Under the pieces are notes generated by a model, which searched no databases, was not told the DNA's origin, and worked only from the letters and a program-made list of their open reading frames with translations. Below are positions 51,666-64,000 of a stretch of DNA of 64,000 nucleotides, piece by piece (the first letter of the stretch is position 1; every line of letters begins with the position of its first letter). A program made the position numbers and the translations under genes. The stretch is taken from positions 95,046,001 to 95,110,000 of the forward strand of contig NC_042999.1 in NCBI RefSeq assembly GCF_006345805.1, given 5' to 3'. This DNA comes from Octopus sinensis (taxonomy: Eukaryota).

Positions 51666-52332
51666 ACATTTAGAACAATACAAAGACAAACGACTGTGGG
51701 GATTTACAGGAAAAAATGTGTAAACAATAAAAAAATAACAATTCGCAAAAATATTTTAAACAAGATTCCCAGTAGTGGGAAAAACACCAACCAGGAGTGA
51801 TAATGAATCCCACTGACTCCAGGAGTACCATGACAAGTGCTTCTCTCTGTTTCTTACTTCTCAGCTTATATAGGCACCAGAGTTGGCTTGCTCACTTAGG
51901 CCATCCTCATCACATTCACCCACCTTTCAACAAATTTACTACTATTATACTACTGTATTTAGATTTCAAAAACACATATATTTACACAGAAATAAATAAC
52001 ATAATAAAATGACATACATAATAATTAAACAAGATATAATTAGAAGTTTTGACCAGCAGGAATCTGCTGTTACTTTTTATCATTTTCATAATATTTTTCT
52101 TAATATTTCCAGTTTTTCCCAGCATAAATATGTATATATATATATGTGTGTGTGTCTGTATATATATATATATATAGGTATATGTATATAAAAAATATAT
52201 AAATATGGAGATGTACTTGCATGTATGTATATATATGTATATATATATACATATATATATATATATACACATCATTGACCACTAGCTACTAAAGCTTTCT
52301 TTTTTATTCTCTCTGTTTATTTTCTCATGTTT

Positions 52333-52370
52333 GTTTCTCTTGAAGATCATACGCTCGAAACTTAAAAGAC
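52333..52370 (+). ncRNA. Decayed minimal hammerhead motif in a dispersed repeat
   Basis: UUU-CUCUUGA-A-GAUC AUAC GCUC-GAAAC-UUA-AAAG has the same layout as 11749-11784, with a mutated core. Confidence 0.45.
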
Positions 52371-52657
52371 TTTCTCACCTTCCCAAGTGGTAAACTAATA
52401 CACCTGTTTGTTGTTTACACACCTGTCTTCGTCTTTTGTTTTTGTAAATTCCAACTACATATATATATATATTTCTTTATTTCTTTATTACCCACAAGGG
52501 GCTAAATATAGTGGGGACAAACAAGGACAAGCAAAGGGATTAAGTCGATTACATCGACCCCAGTACGTAACTGGTACTTTATTTATCGACCCCGAAAGGA
52601 TGAAATACTGCTAAGCATTTCGTTCAGCATGCTAACGATTCCGCCAGCTCGCCACCT

Positions 52658-52689
<32 letters not shown>

Positions 52690-52691
<2 letters not shown>

Positions 52692-53410
52692 GCTTTGACA
52701 TGAGCAATGATGCATCTTTTCAAGTGCATGTTGCCAATTTGGTAATAAAATGCAGACAGCTAGCTGTATGGATCCTCTGAACTTTCAGACCAAAAGAGGA
52801 GACACTGATGGTCCTTTGGAAGACATTCATCCTCAGCCGCTTGGACTACTGCTTCCAACTATGGTCACCACACAATATAAAGTTAACAGCAGAACTCAAA
52901 GAAATCCAGTGAAGCTACACTAAGAAGATCGTCTCAATGCAACATATCAGCTACTGGGAAAGACTGACTCTTCTCCCTGGAGTGAAGGTGGGAGAGATAT
53001 GCAATGATATACATCTGGAAAATCCTGGAGAGCTTCGTCCCAAATTTTGGCATTGAAAGTTACCCCAACAGCAGAACAGGGCACCACTGCATGGTACCAA
53101 AGATCCCAACATCACTATCAAAATACAGGGCCAGTTACTGCAACAGCTTGGGTTTCAGAGGACCATAGCTCTTCAATATCCTTCCTAAATGCCTGAGAGA
53201 CCAGCATGGTATAGATGTGTGTTTCTTTAAAACTAAACTCGATCTCTTCTTGTCAGGGGTTCCAGATGAACCTACCTCTCAGCAGGAAACGCAAATGCGA
53301 GCAGCAGCGTTGAACTCTCTTGTGCCATGTATCAGAGGGGATTTCACATACTAGTGTAGCACAATCAACGGTGGTGCCCCAGCATGACCGCAGCTTTCAG
53401 GCTGAAACAT
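52690..53410 (+). mobile_element. CR1/L2-group LINE 3' end
   Basis: LWKTFILSRLDYCFQLWSPH..ISYWERL..YIWKILE..VPNFG. A second fragment lies at about 38570-38710. Confidence 0.85.
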
Positions 53411-53517
53411 TTTTAAGGATTTAAGAACATATATATACATATATAGATATAGATATATATATATATGTATATATGTTTGTATATGTATATATAAATATAT
53501 ATGTGTGTGTGTGAATG

Positions 53518-53815
53518 AAGGCACATGGCTCAGTGGTTAGAGTATTGAGCTTATGATTGTGAGGTTGTGAGTTCGATTCCCAGACCAGGCTGCATGTTGT
53601 GTTCTTGAGCAAGACACTTTATTTCATGTTACTCCAGTTAACTCAGCTGTAGAAATGAGTTGTGACATCACTGGTGCCAAGCTATATTGGCCTTTGCCTT
53701 TCCCTTGGATAACATCAGTGGTATGGAGAGGGGAGGCTGATATGCATGGACTTGTTCCTCAGAAGGTAACTTTCTAGGTGCAATCCCATGGACATTCATG
53801 ACCAAATGGGGTCCT
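53518..53815 (+). mobile_element. tRNA-derived SINE family 3
   Basis: TGGCTCAGTGG (A box), GAGTTCGATTCC (B box) and central TTCTTGAGCAAGACACTTT. A minus-strand copy lies at about 44850-45150. Confidence 0.85.
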
Positions 53816-53915
53816 TTATATATATATATACACCACGTGGTGAGTTGTAATATATATAAAAGAAATTAAAAAAGGAAAATTCACACACTTTACATAACTT
53901 TAATATAATTGATAA

Positions 53916-53952
53916 TATATCGACCAGTTTCACTTTCGCTGTTCATGATATT
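53916..53952 (-). ncRNA. Decayed minimal hammerhead motif
   Basis: AUAUC-[CUG missing]AUGA-AC AGCGAAA GU-GAAAC-UG-GUC-GAUAU has a 5-bp stem I and a GUC triplet in the correct register, but the core lacks 3 nt. Confidence 0.4.
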
Positions 53953-54089
53953 ACGATTTACTTATTTGAATATGTATTATATGTATATATATATAGGGAG
54001 AGTTCACAAAAAAAAACAACAAAAGATGAAGACAGGTGGTGTCAAAAACAAACAGATGTATTAGTATAACGCTGAGGAATTGAAAAAGT

Positions 54090-54125
54090 CTTTTATGTTT
54101 CAAGCCTACGCTCTTCTACAGAAAG
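54090..54125 (-). ncRNA. Decayed minimal hammerhead motif in a dispersed repeat (about 53995-54200)
   Basis: CUUU-CUGUAGA-A-GAGC GUAG GCUU-GAAAC-AUA-AAAG. Stem I is perfect, and two CpG-type substitutions hit CGAAA and ACGU. Confidence 0.55.
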
Positions 54126-54243
54126 GACACATAAAAAACAAGGAGAGAAACAAGGAGGGAGAAAAAATGCATGTAGTGGCTACCAATCTATCATGCCAAC
54201 CATATATATATATGTGTGTGTGTGTGTGTTTGTGTGCGTGTGA

Positions 54244-54279
<36 letters not shown>

Positions 54280-54344
54280 CTATTTATGTATATATACATG
54301 TGTGTGTGTGTGTGTAAATATGTGTGTATATATATCTATATATA

Positions 54345-55255
54345 TCAGAACAGAGATCGCAAAGGAATTAAATCCCAACTGGTGACAAAGTGTCTCTCAC
54401 TCAGAGTGAAAGGTAGATTGTACGATGCATGTGTGCGAACTGCCATGCTTCACAGCAGTGAAACATGTGCTATGAGTGTGGAGGACATGTGTAGGCTTGA
54501 AAGAAATGAAGCTAGCATGATCCGCTGGATGTGTAATGTCAGTGTGCACACACGACAGAGTGTAAGTGCCCTGAAAGAAATGCTGGACATAAAAAGGATC
54601 AGATGTGGCATGCAAGAGAGACGTTTGCACTGGTATGGTCATGTACTATGGATGGATGAGGAGAGATGTGTGAAGAAGTTCCACTCTCAAACAGTTGAAG
54701 GAATCTGGGGTAGAGGTAGACCAAGAAAGACATGGGATGAGGTGGTCAAGCATGACCTTTGAATGTTGGGCCTCACAAAGGCAATGACAAATGACCAAGA
54801 CCTCTGGAGATATGCTGTGACTGTGAAGACCCAACAAATAACATGTGTTCATGGTTGTTTCTTGCACCAGCTTCACTTAGCAGCCCTAGCCCATCGAAAG
54901 TACCTTGGATTGTAGAACAGCCTACTGTGCTTACCTTAGAAAGCAGGGCGACTTGCTGTGCTTGAAGAGACCTATTGAGTCAAGTACATCAAAATAAAAA
55001 TCAAATGGAAAATTGTAGTTGTTGATACCCGTGCCAGTGGCATGTAAAAAGCACCAACCGATCATGGCCGTTGCCAGCCTTTCCTGGCACGTATAAGGCA
55101 CCCACTACACCCATGGAGTGGTTGGCATTAGGAAGGACATCCAGCAGTAGAAACACTGCCAGATCAGATTGGAGCCTGGTGCAGACCCTGGTCAAACCGT
55201 CAAACCCATGCTAGCATGGAAAACAAACGTGAAAAGATAATGATGATGATGATAT
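54345..55255 (+). mobile_element. RTE LINE 3' end
   Basis: ORF 54244-54762 C-terminal part reads KGRLYDACVRTAMLHSSET..RLHWYGHVLWM..GRPRKTWDEVVKHDL, followed by the 3' UTR and (GAT)n tail. Confidence 0.9.
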
Positions 55256-56924
55256 ATGTATATGTATATCACTGTCTATGTTCCTTTTTCTATGTTGAAA
55301 TGAGTTGGATCATCACTTTCTCGAGGCAGTGCATTATGAATGTCTTTCTATCATTAACGTATTTAGTCGCCTTTTATGACATATAGATAGATGGTACATT
55401 TTTCCTGAAACCAGGAAATACTCAGTATCTTCACATGTGTGTGTGTTTCCACGTATGTATCTGTATTTACGTATGTATGTATGTATGTATGTGCACAGGT
55501 GTTCACAGTAAGACTAAATATTTGTATATTAAAAGATAGATTTTTGCATATGATTTACATATTCATACAAATACATTCAAATGAATGCTGTGTTGCGGTG
55601 TTTGTTATTAAATCCCTGCTGTCAACCCTGTAACACTATGTAAATTTCGATACACCAGTGATAGTTTACTTTTTTCTTTTCTTTTTACTTTTTGTGTGTA
55701 TGTGTTTTTGTTTATGCTCTTCATAAAAAGACATATCCTTTGTAACTTTAGCAGTTGAGAGTTCAAGCAAGAGATCCCTGCTGAGTATTAAGAAGTATTG
55801 AAACTAAGTCTGACATTCCTCTTTCTCTCACCTGTCAAAACTCCTGTGATTTATCCATAGGCAATGTTTTCATAGTGAGACGAAGTAGATGTTCATTTAA
55901 CATAGTGCATATGCTTTACATATACACTTATATTCATAACAGCAGTGCGGGTGCTCTTGTTTTATATACATATACATACATATATGTGTATGTGTGTGTA
56001 TTTATATGCATGTATGTATGAATGTACGTAGATCTATCTCTATATCTATCTCTCTGCCTACCTATCTATCTATCTATCTATCTATCAATTTATCCATCTA
56101 TCTGTCTATCTGTATACACACACACACACACACATATATGTATGTATGTATTACGTATGTGTGTATGTTTTCTAGCGAGGTAAAGTAGGGTGTTCAACAA
56201 GTCCAGACAAATGAGAAGAGAGAAAAGAAGCAAGATCAGAGAAGGGAGAAATAGGGATCTAGGGAGAGGAGGCATTAGAGAGAAAGAGGGAGTAAAGTCA
56301 GACACAAAGAAGCAGAAAATTATACAACCATACATGTACATATATTTAAGCGTAAAGTTTTATTCAGTGAGTTTCAACACATAGCAATTTACACAAAACA
56401 AGAGTAAAATAATATATTATGATATAAACAATAGAACACATCAAATCAAGGTATAGATACTAAAATAAGTGTGTAAATATGTATGTATGTATGTATGTAT
56501 GTATGTGTATGTATGTGTGCATATGTGTATATAATCATATAATCTTGAATAAGGTTAAGAAACCGTTATTGTTACAATATTTGTGAGTTCCAAACACTTT
56601 AATTAAAGTGAATTAAATATTTTCTAGATATTGTCATAATTTTCAAATAACCTGTTACACAATCACTATTACTTTCAAGGCCATCAAAAGAAAAGCAATG
56701 CTAGTTATTGAGACATAATAGGTATACATAATAGGTAAACTAACACACACATAATATGATATAGAAAGAGAAAACTTTATTATAATTACAAATAATGTTG
56801 TCAAACAGTGATTGTTATCAAAATTAGTGAATCCATAACACTTTATTTAAAATGACTTAATCATTATTTTATTAGAATCATAATACCAGATACTTTTTAT
56901 ATTATCTACTTAATTATCAAAAAT

Positions 56925-57830
56925 CATCATCATTTAAAGTCCATTCTCCATGCTGGCATAAGTAGACAGTTTGACCAGGGCTGGCAAGCTGAAAGACTGC
57001 ACCAGACTCCAGTCTGATTTGGCATTGTTTCTACAGCTGGATGCCCTTCCTAACGCCAACCATTCTGAGAGTATAGTGAGTGCTTTTATGTGCCACCAGC
57101 ATGGGTGCCATTTGTGTGACACCGGTATCTGCCATGACTGTGATTTTTCTCAGTTTGATGGGTCTTTTCAAGCACAACGTAATGCCAAAGGTCTCAGTGA
57201 CTGCCTCCGTGAAGCCCAATGATCAAAAAGTGCTCTTTATATGCCACCAGCATGGGTGGCAGTTGCATGACACTAGCATCAGTCATGACTATGTTCTCGA
57301 TTGACTTGATGGGTAATCTCAAGAACAGCATATTGCCAAAGGTCTCAGTCACTTGTCATTGCCTCTCTCAAAGTTTGAACATCATGCTTCATCACCTCTT
57401 CTCATGTCTTCCTAGGTCTATCTCTACCACAGATTCCCTCCACAGTTAGAGATCAACACTTCTTTACACAGCTGTCCTCATCCATATGCATCACATGACC
57501 ATACCAGCACAGTTGTCTCTCTTGCACACCACATCCAATGCCTCTTATGCCTCATTTTTCTCTCAAGATGTTTGCACTCTGTCCAAACATGCACATTTAC
57601 CTTGCACATCCAGTGAAGCATATTGGCTTCATTTCTTTCAAGCCCACGCATATCATGGCATTTCCTTGGTATGTCCCACACATGTCACAGCCCATGTTTT
57701 ACTGCCATGTAGCATAGCTGTATCCACACAGGCATCATACAATCTGCCTTTCACTCTGAGAGATAGGCCTTTTATTGCCAGTAGAGGTAGGAGCTCTCTG
57801 AACTTTGCCCAGCCTAATCTTATTCTCACA
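56925..57830 (-). mobile_element. RTE LINE 3' end with an internal tandem duplication of about 150 bp
   Basis: Minus-strand LERNEANMLHWMC. The block GTGCT..GCCACCAGCATGGGTG..GCCAAAGGTCTCAGT occurs at about 57078-57200 and again at about 57228-57350. Confidence 0.85.
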
Positions 57831-60422
57831 GCTATGCTAATGCCTCATTTTAAAATAAACACAGTAAACAGAGTTCACTGTACGTATTTGTGTGTATTTA
57901 TATATGCATACATGCACACACTCCCATGCCGGTGATACCTAAAAAGCACCATTCAAGTGTGGTCGATGCCAGTACCACCTGACTGGCTCTCATGCTGGTG
58001 GCACATAAAATTTACCCTCTGCACTCTCAGTGTGGTTGGCGTTAGGAAGGGCATCCAGCTGTAGAAACTTTGCCAGATCAGATTGGAGCCTGGTGCAGTC
58101 TTCTGGCTTGCCACCCTTCAGTTAAACCATCCAATCCATGTCAGCATGGAAAGCAGACGTTAAATGACAATGATGATGATGATGCACGTGCACACACACA
58201 CACACATGCACATGCTCAAGATTAAAGCTGGAGGAAAATGTTTTTTGTCATTGGAATATGACATTAATTGAACATATCAAATTAAACCAAATGACCTTTT
58301 TTGGATTCCCACATTACTATTGAGTAAATTTATAATATTTGATAGTTTCTTTAAAACTGATAGATTCCATTGAATTTTTTATTAAAATTGTTACTCTTTT
58401 AACTTCATCAAAAGAAATGGCTGAGTTTCTCCTTATTGAATTTAGGGTAGATTTCTAAGAGTATATGGTGGATGGGTAAAATTATGATCTATGCAAACTA
58501 TTTTTTCTACTCTAGGCACTAGGTTCGAAATTTTGTGGGGAGGGAGCCCAGTCAATTATATCGATCCCAGTACACAACTGGTACTGAATTTATCATCCCC
58601 AAGAGGATGAAAGGCAAAGTCGACCTCAGCAAAATTTGAACTCAGAATGTAAAGACAGACCAAACACCACTAAGCATATTGCCTGGTGTGCTAATGATTC
58701 TGCCAGCTCACTGCCTTAATCTATGCATAATATTAAATGATTTGGTCAAATGTTTGGCTGATATTTTTTGTCATCATGTTTAAATAATCTGTCTAAGAGA
58801 CTGACTGCTTGAGAATGCTACTTAATGTAATTTTTAGATTCATATCATTGTTTTGTTTTTTTTCATGAACGTACTTACTTGTTACATGTTGATATATTTA
58901 GAGATTAACAAGCTATTATCTTTATACATTCTACCATTAATAGATTGAAATATATTGTGGATTAAGTTTAAAATATGAAAACTGAATACTTTTGAAATTT
59001 CAATGCAGTATCTGGCTGCCATGCTTCTTTTGAAGTTCTTTAATACGTCTTTATTTATATGCTATAAGTTTTACAATTCACTTCTCATTCATAAAATAAA
59101 ACCTGTTATCTATGCAAACATTGTCATGTATAACCTTATTGAGAACAGCACATATTAAATCAGACTGATGGCAAACTAATTTAAGATTAGATATTAGCAG
59201 CAAAACTTAGCATTTGGGATATTACAAAGACTATTTGACAATAACTACACAACTCATGCCAGTTTTTCTAAAAAAGAAATAATTTAACCCACAATATTAG
59301 ACATCACTTTTTATATAGAGCAATACCTGATATACAGTCTAGCACTTACTGGAGTCTATATACTTTTGAGCAACACCTAATTTTAAAACACAGCATGAAA
59401 GCATAAATACAAAGATAATTCATTTATGCTTGTATATGCAAAATATCACTTCTTAAATACCACAGTAATGGCATCTCACCAACAGTATTCTAAAATACAA
59501 ATAAAATATGATATTGCTATTTTCTTTTTTCTTTATTAAATATACTTTAACTTCAACAGCAACATTAGAGTGATCTCCCCTATTACAGCACTTTAGGAAT
59601 AATTATATGTAGATATATATGCAATTTTTTTTTCTTTCATAACACTTGTATAAACAAAATCACATTTAAAATTTTTGTTTGATATATTCATTTGTTATTA
59701 TTAAACTATTTAAACATCCACACACATTTACAGACACCCATCACATGACAATACACTACCATTTAACACAACAGCCAACGATAACCAGCATAACTGCTGA
59801 ATTATGACTTTTTCTTAAAACATTAAATTATATCTAACTATACAAAGGTGGAATCATAGGATTTACGCTATAATATCTAATGGGCATGTGATAACAAAAC
59901 TTAAACTTGTGATCTGAATATATAGTATTCAGTTATTAATATGATATATAATACTCTGCAAAGAAGCATGTTTTGTCTTTTTATATTTTTTGCTTTATGA
60001 TTGCTCTAAATTTCTGAATGTGTGTGCATATGTATATCTATGTATTTCTCTCCCTTCTTCTCTTTCTCTTTCTCTCTCTCTCTCTCTCACTCACTCACTC
60101 GCTTGCTCTCTTACCATATATATATATATAATGTGAGATTATTTTCTACCCTGACAACAACAGAGACTAGATTTATCCAATGTTTATTTGCTTCAATTAT
60201 GTGCTGCTTGTTATGGTAAACTACATTTACCAACGTTATGATGGATCACCAAGCCCCCAGAAACAGCTGTTGGACATATCACACCTTACCTCTTCTCCTT
60301 CAATTTTGTCTGTCATTTGTACTGTGTAAGTTTGATCTATTGATATAAATATCTATATGTTTATTCTTGAATATTCATCATCTCAAAATCTTCAGTCTTT
60401 GATTTCCTTCTGATTGCATACA

Positions 60423-60457
<35 letters not shown>

Positions 60458-60496
60458 GTATATATATGTATGTGTGTGTGTATATATATATATAGA

Positions 60497-63400
60497 TCAT
60501 CATCATCATTGTCATTTAACGTCTGTTTTCCATGCTGGTATGAGTTGGATAGTTTGACTGAGGTCTGGAGAGCCAGCAGCTGCACCAGGCTCTAATCTGA
60601 TCTGGCAATGTTTCTACAGCTGGATGCCTTTCCTAACGCCTACACTCTGAGATTGTAGTGAGTGTCTTTTTACGTGCCACTGGCACAGGAGCCTGTTAGG
60701 CAGGCCTGGCATCGATCACGTTTGGATGGTGCTTTTTATGTCCCGCTGGCATGGGAGCCAGTCAGGGGTCACTGGCATCAGCCATGTTCAGACGGTACTT
60801 TTTTCATGTCACCAGCACAGGAGCCAGTCAGGTGGCTCTGGCATCGATCACATTCAGATGGTACCTTTTACATACCACCAGCACATGAGCCACTCAGGGT
60901 CACTAGCCACAGCTATGATTTTGGTCTTACTTGACTCAGCAGGTTTTCTCAAGCACATCATATTGCCCAACACATCAAGGGTACTTTTAAATAGGCCAGA
61001 CATGCAACACTGGAATCAGCCATGACTGCGACCTCATTTAGTTGCTGGGTTTTCTCAATCACAGCCTATCTCAAAGGGTCTCAATCTCCTGTATTTGACT
61101 CTGTTAGGCCCAATGTTAGAAGGTAATGTTTCACTACCTCATCTCATGGCTTCCTGGGTTTACCTTTTCCACAGGTTCCTTCCACAGTTTGGGTGGGACA
61201 CTCCCTCACACAGCTCTCCTTATCCATACATAACACATGACCATACCAGCCCATTTGTCACTCTTGCACACCACATTTGATGCTTATGTCCAACTTTATC
61301 ATATATGCACTTTGTCATGTATGTACTCTGACATTACACATCCAGCGGATCATACTAGCTTCATTTCTTTCAAGCCTACACATGTTTTCAGCAGTTATGG
61401 CCCATGTTTCACTGCTGTGTAGCATGGCAGTTTGCATACATGCATCATACAGTCTACCTTTCATCCTGCGTGAGAGGCCCTTAGTTGCCAACAGAGGTAG
61501 GAGCTCCTTGAACTTTGCCCAGGCTTTTCTTATTCTAGCCGCTACACTCTCAGAGTAACAACTACAGACTTGGTCGCCTAAGTAGCGGAAGCTATCAACT
61601 ACTTCATGTTTCTCCCCCTGGCACGTGATGTAATCTGATTTCTGTACTATCTTCCCAGTGAACCTTCCTTTGATATTGCTGTCCCTTTTATGTGTCCATA
61701 GTTTACACCAAGTACATCACATGGAGTTCCTACCCACGCCTTTTCTACAGATCGTGCAGGGCCATCTACCTGAAGGGGTTTGTGATTTGTCAGCCTTCCT
61801 ACTTACTAAGACTTTGGTTTTGGCGAGGTTAACCCTAAAGCCCTTCGATTCTAGACATTGCTTCCACACACTAAACTTCGTCTCTAGTTCTGGTAGTAAT
61901 TTGGCTACTAGAGCAAGACCATCAGCATAGGGGAGCTCCCAGGGGCAGCCTGCCTTGAATTCCTCTGTTATTGTCTGGCGGACTATGATGAATAAGAGGT
62001 GGGCTGAAGACTGATCCTTGATGAACCCCTACTTCTACCTGGAATTCTCCACTGTACTCATTGCCAACCCTCACCTTACTGACAGCATCCCTGTACATGG
62101 CTTGTAAAGCTCTTACCAACCACTCATCTATCGGCAGTTTCCACATTAACCACCAGATAAGGGATCAATGAACCATGTCAAAGGCTTTCTCCAAGTCAAC
62201 AAAAGCCAAATACAGAGGTATATCTTTGGCTAGATATTTCTTCTGAAGTTGCCTTACCAGAAATATAGTATCAGTGGTGCATCTGCCTGGCACAAAACCA
62301 AACTGCATCTCATCTAGGCTCTCTCCCTAATTAGTTGGGCTATGATCCTCTCTATAACTTTCATCATCTGCTCCAATAATTTGATACCCCTGTAGTTATT
62401 TCTATCTAAAGCATCACCTTCACCTTTGTAGCAGTTGATTATAGTGCTGCTACACTAGTCATTGGGTACGACTCCTTCATGAACTATCTGATTTATTATA
62501 CGGGTGGCAACACCATAACCCACACCTCCAGATGGGCCAGGTGCTTTCCCTGTCTTCATATCCTTAATTTTTTTATCTGCCAGGGTACTTTCGATTCAGA
62601 TAGTTGGTCCCTCAATTGGGTCAACCTTTGGAAGACTCTCCTCCCATTTATTCTCCACATTCAGCAGTCTTTCATAGTGACATCTCCAAACCTCTTTCTT
62701 TGCAGAATCATTAAATGCAAGAGTCACATTTCTCTCCTGTGACATTACGGTTTTCTCTTATGCACTGTCTTGCAATCTGAAATACTTCAGTTCTTTGGTC
62801 CTCACACTGCTGAACATTGTCAAACTTCTTTTCTGCTACTCCCTTGGCTATATATACCTGTCTCCTAGCTTCCTTTTTGGCTGTCTGATACAGTCCCCTG
62901 CTACCCCAACTCTTCCAGGCCTGTTTCTTTGCTCTAATGGCCCTGTCTACAGTATTGTTCCGCCACCATGTTACCCTAGGTCTGGAAGGGACTTTGCACC
63001 AGCCACAGATTTGGTCTGTGGCACTCAGCAAGCTGTCTCACAGGAATTCCCAGCTGCCTTCTATGAAATAGAACTGTAGCTCCTCCTCCTTCTCAGTAAG
63101 GATATCCCTAAATCTCTGACTATGTGAAGAGTTCTTAAGCTTCTAAGTCCTTCTTTTCCAGATTGGTCTGCTTTTTGGCATCCTTCTGGCCTCGAGTCTA
63201 GAGTCACTGATAACTAGTCTATGCTGGGGGGTATATTCTTCATCGGGGAAGGCTTTTGTACTTAAGAGAAACCATGCAGCCCACTGTCTGGTGAGAATGA
63301 AATCAATATGGCTAGCAGAGTCACTTGATTGATAGGTTAACAGGTGGCTAGCTGGCTTCCTGAAGTTGGTGTTGCAGATCAATAGGTTATTTGCATTGCA

Positions 63401-64000
63401 GAACTCCAGGAACCTACTTCCCTCTTCATTTCTGGTACCAACTCCCTGGCCCCTATGTACACCATGGAAGATACCAGGATGCTGTCCAACATACCCATTA
63501 AAATCTCCAGTTACAAAGATGAAATCATTGGCACTTGTCTTTGAAGTAGCCTGTGGAAGAATATCATAAAAGTGACACTTCTATACATTTGGTAGTCCTA
63601 CTTGTGGGACATAGGCAGAGATAATAGTAGCTATCCCAGTCTGCAAGACCAGCCTGAGTTTAAGCACTCTAGCCAACATCCTCACTATCTCTATGATCTT
63701 ATCTAACCATTTCTCTGCAAGAAGCATGCCCACACACCCTATTCCATCACTGTTACTTTCCCAGAAGAATTTATGCTTATGTACTTTGCTTGTGAGGACT
63801 CTGGCTGTAGCACCTCTCCACCTTATATCCTCTTATATGCAAAATACATCAACATGTCTCCGTTCAAGCATCTCTAAAATCTCGCTAGACCTACCTTTCA
63901 ATGTGCCTACATTTACAGGGCCAACTCTGAAAACTGGAAAAGAGATATGGGAGGTAACACAGGAAGGAGAGATGTTATTCAGCACCTGAAAAGAAGGTTC
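60497..64000 (-). mobile_element. Nearly full-length decayed RTE LINE (APE endonuclease, RT with PHD insert, 3' UTR, tail)
   Basis: APE start VNVGTLKGRSSEILEMLERRHVD near 63930, HIDFILTR, RT GVHQGSVFSP, YADG (YADD variant) near 61925, WPCTICRKGVGRNSM*CTWCKLWTHK, VVDSFRY. Multiple stops and frameshifts. Confidence 0.92.

Noticed and set aside
53518-53590. tRNA gene
   Set aside because: A and B boxes are present, but the sequence continues into a SINE body and the acceptor stem does not close. The same applies to other SINE heads.

Overview
AT-rich, microsatellite-dense eukaryotic DNA that is mostly decayed transposable elements. The SINE/RTE repeat families and the (TA)n/(CA)n/(CATA)n load look like an Octopus (coleoid cephalopod) genome; this is inferred from recalled repeat sequence, not verified. 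There are no prokaryotic features and no intact long CDS. Elements seen: RTE LINEs (one nearly full length, with a PHD finger inside the RT), an L1/Tx1-like LINE, a CR1-like LINE, R4/Dong-like fragments, an Ingi/Vingi-like fragment, two Penelope-like (GIY-YIG) remnants, a full-length dead mariner, a Tigger/pogo derivative and three tRNA-derived SINE families. A 100-N gap (17025-17124) separates a CpG-retaining left block from a CpG-depleted right block that carries a few candidate exons. The main unannotated signal is a dispersed set of type I hammerhead ribozyme motifs. Two with intact cores lie in tandem on the + strand (11442-11527 and 11749-11784), and an antisense half-copy of the first lies upstream. 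Decayed copies occur elsewhere, two of them directly downstream of Penelope GIY-YIG ORF remnants. Coordinates were counted by hand, and repeat boundaries are approximate (about +/-20 bp).
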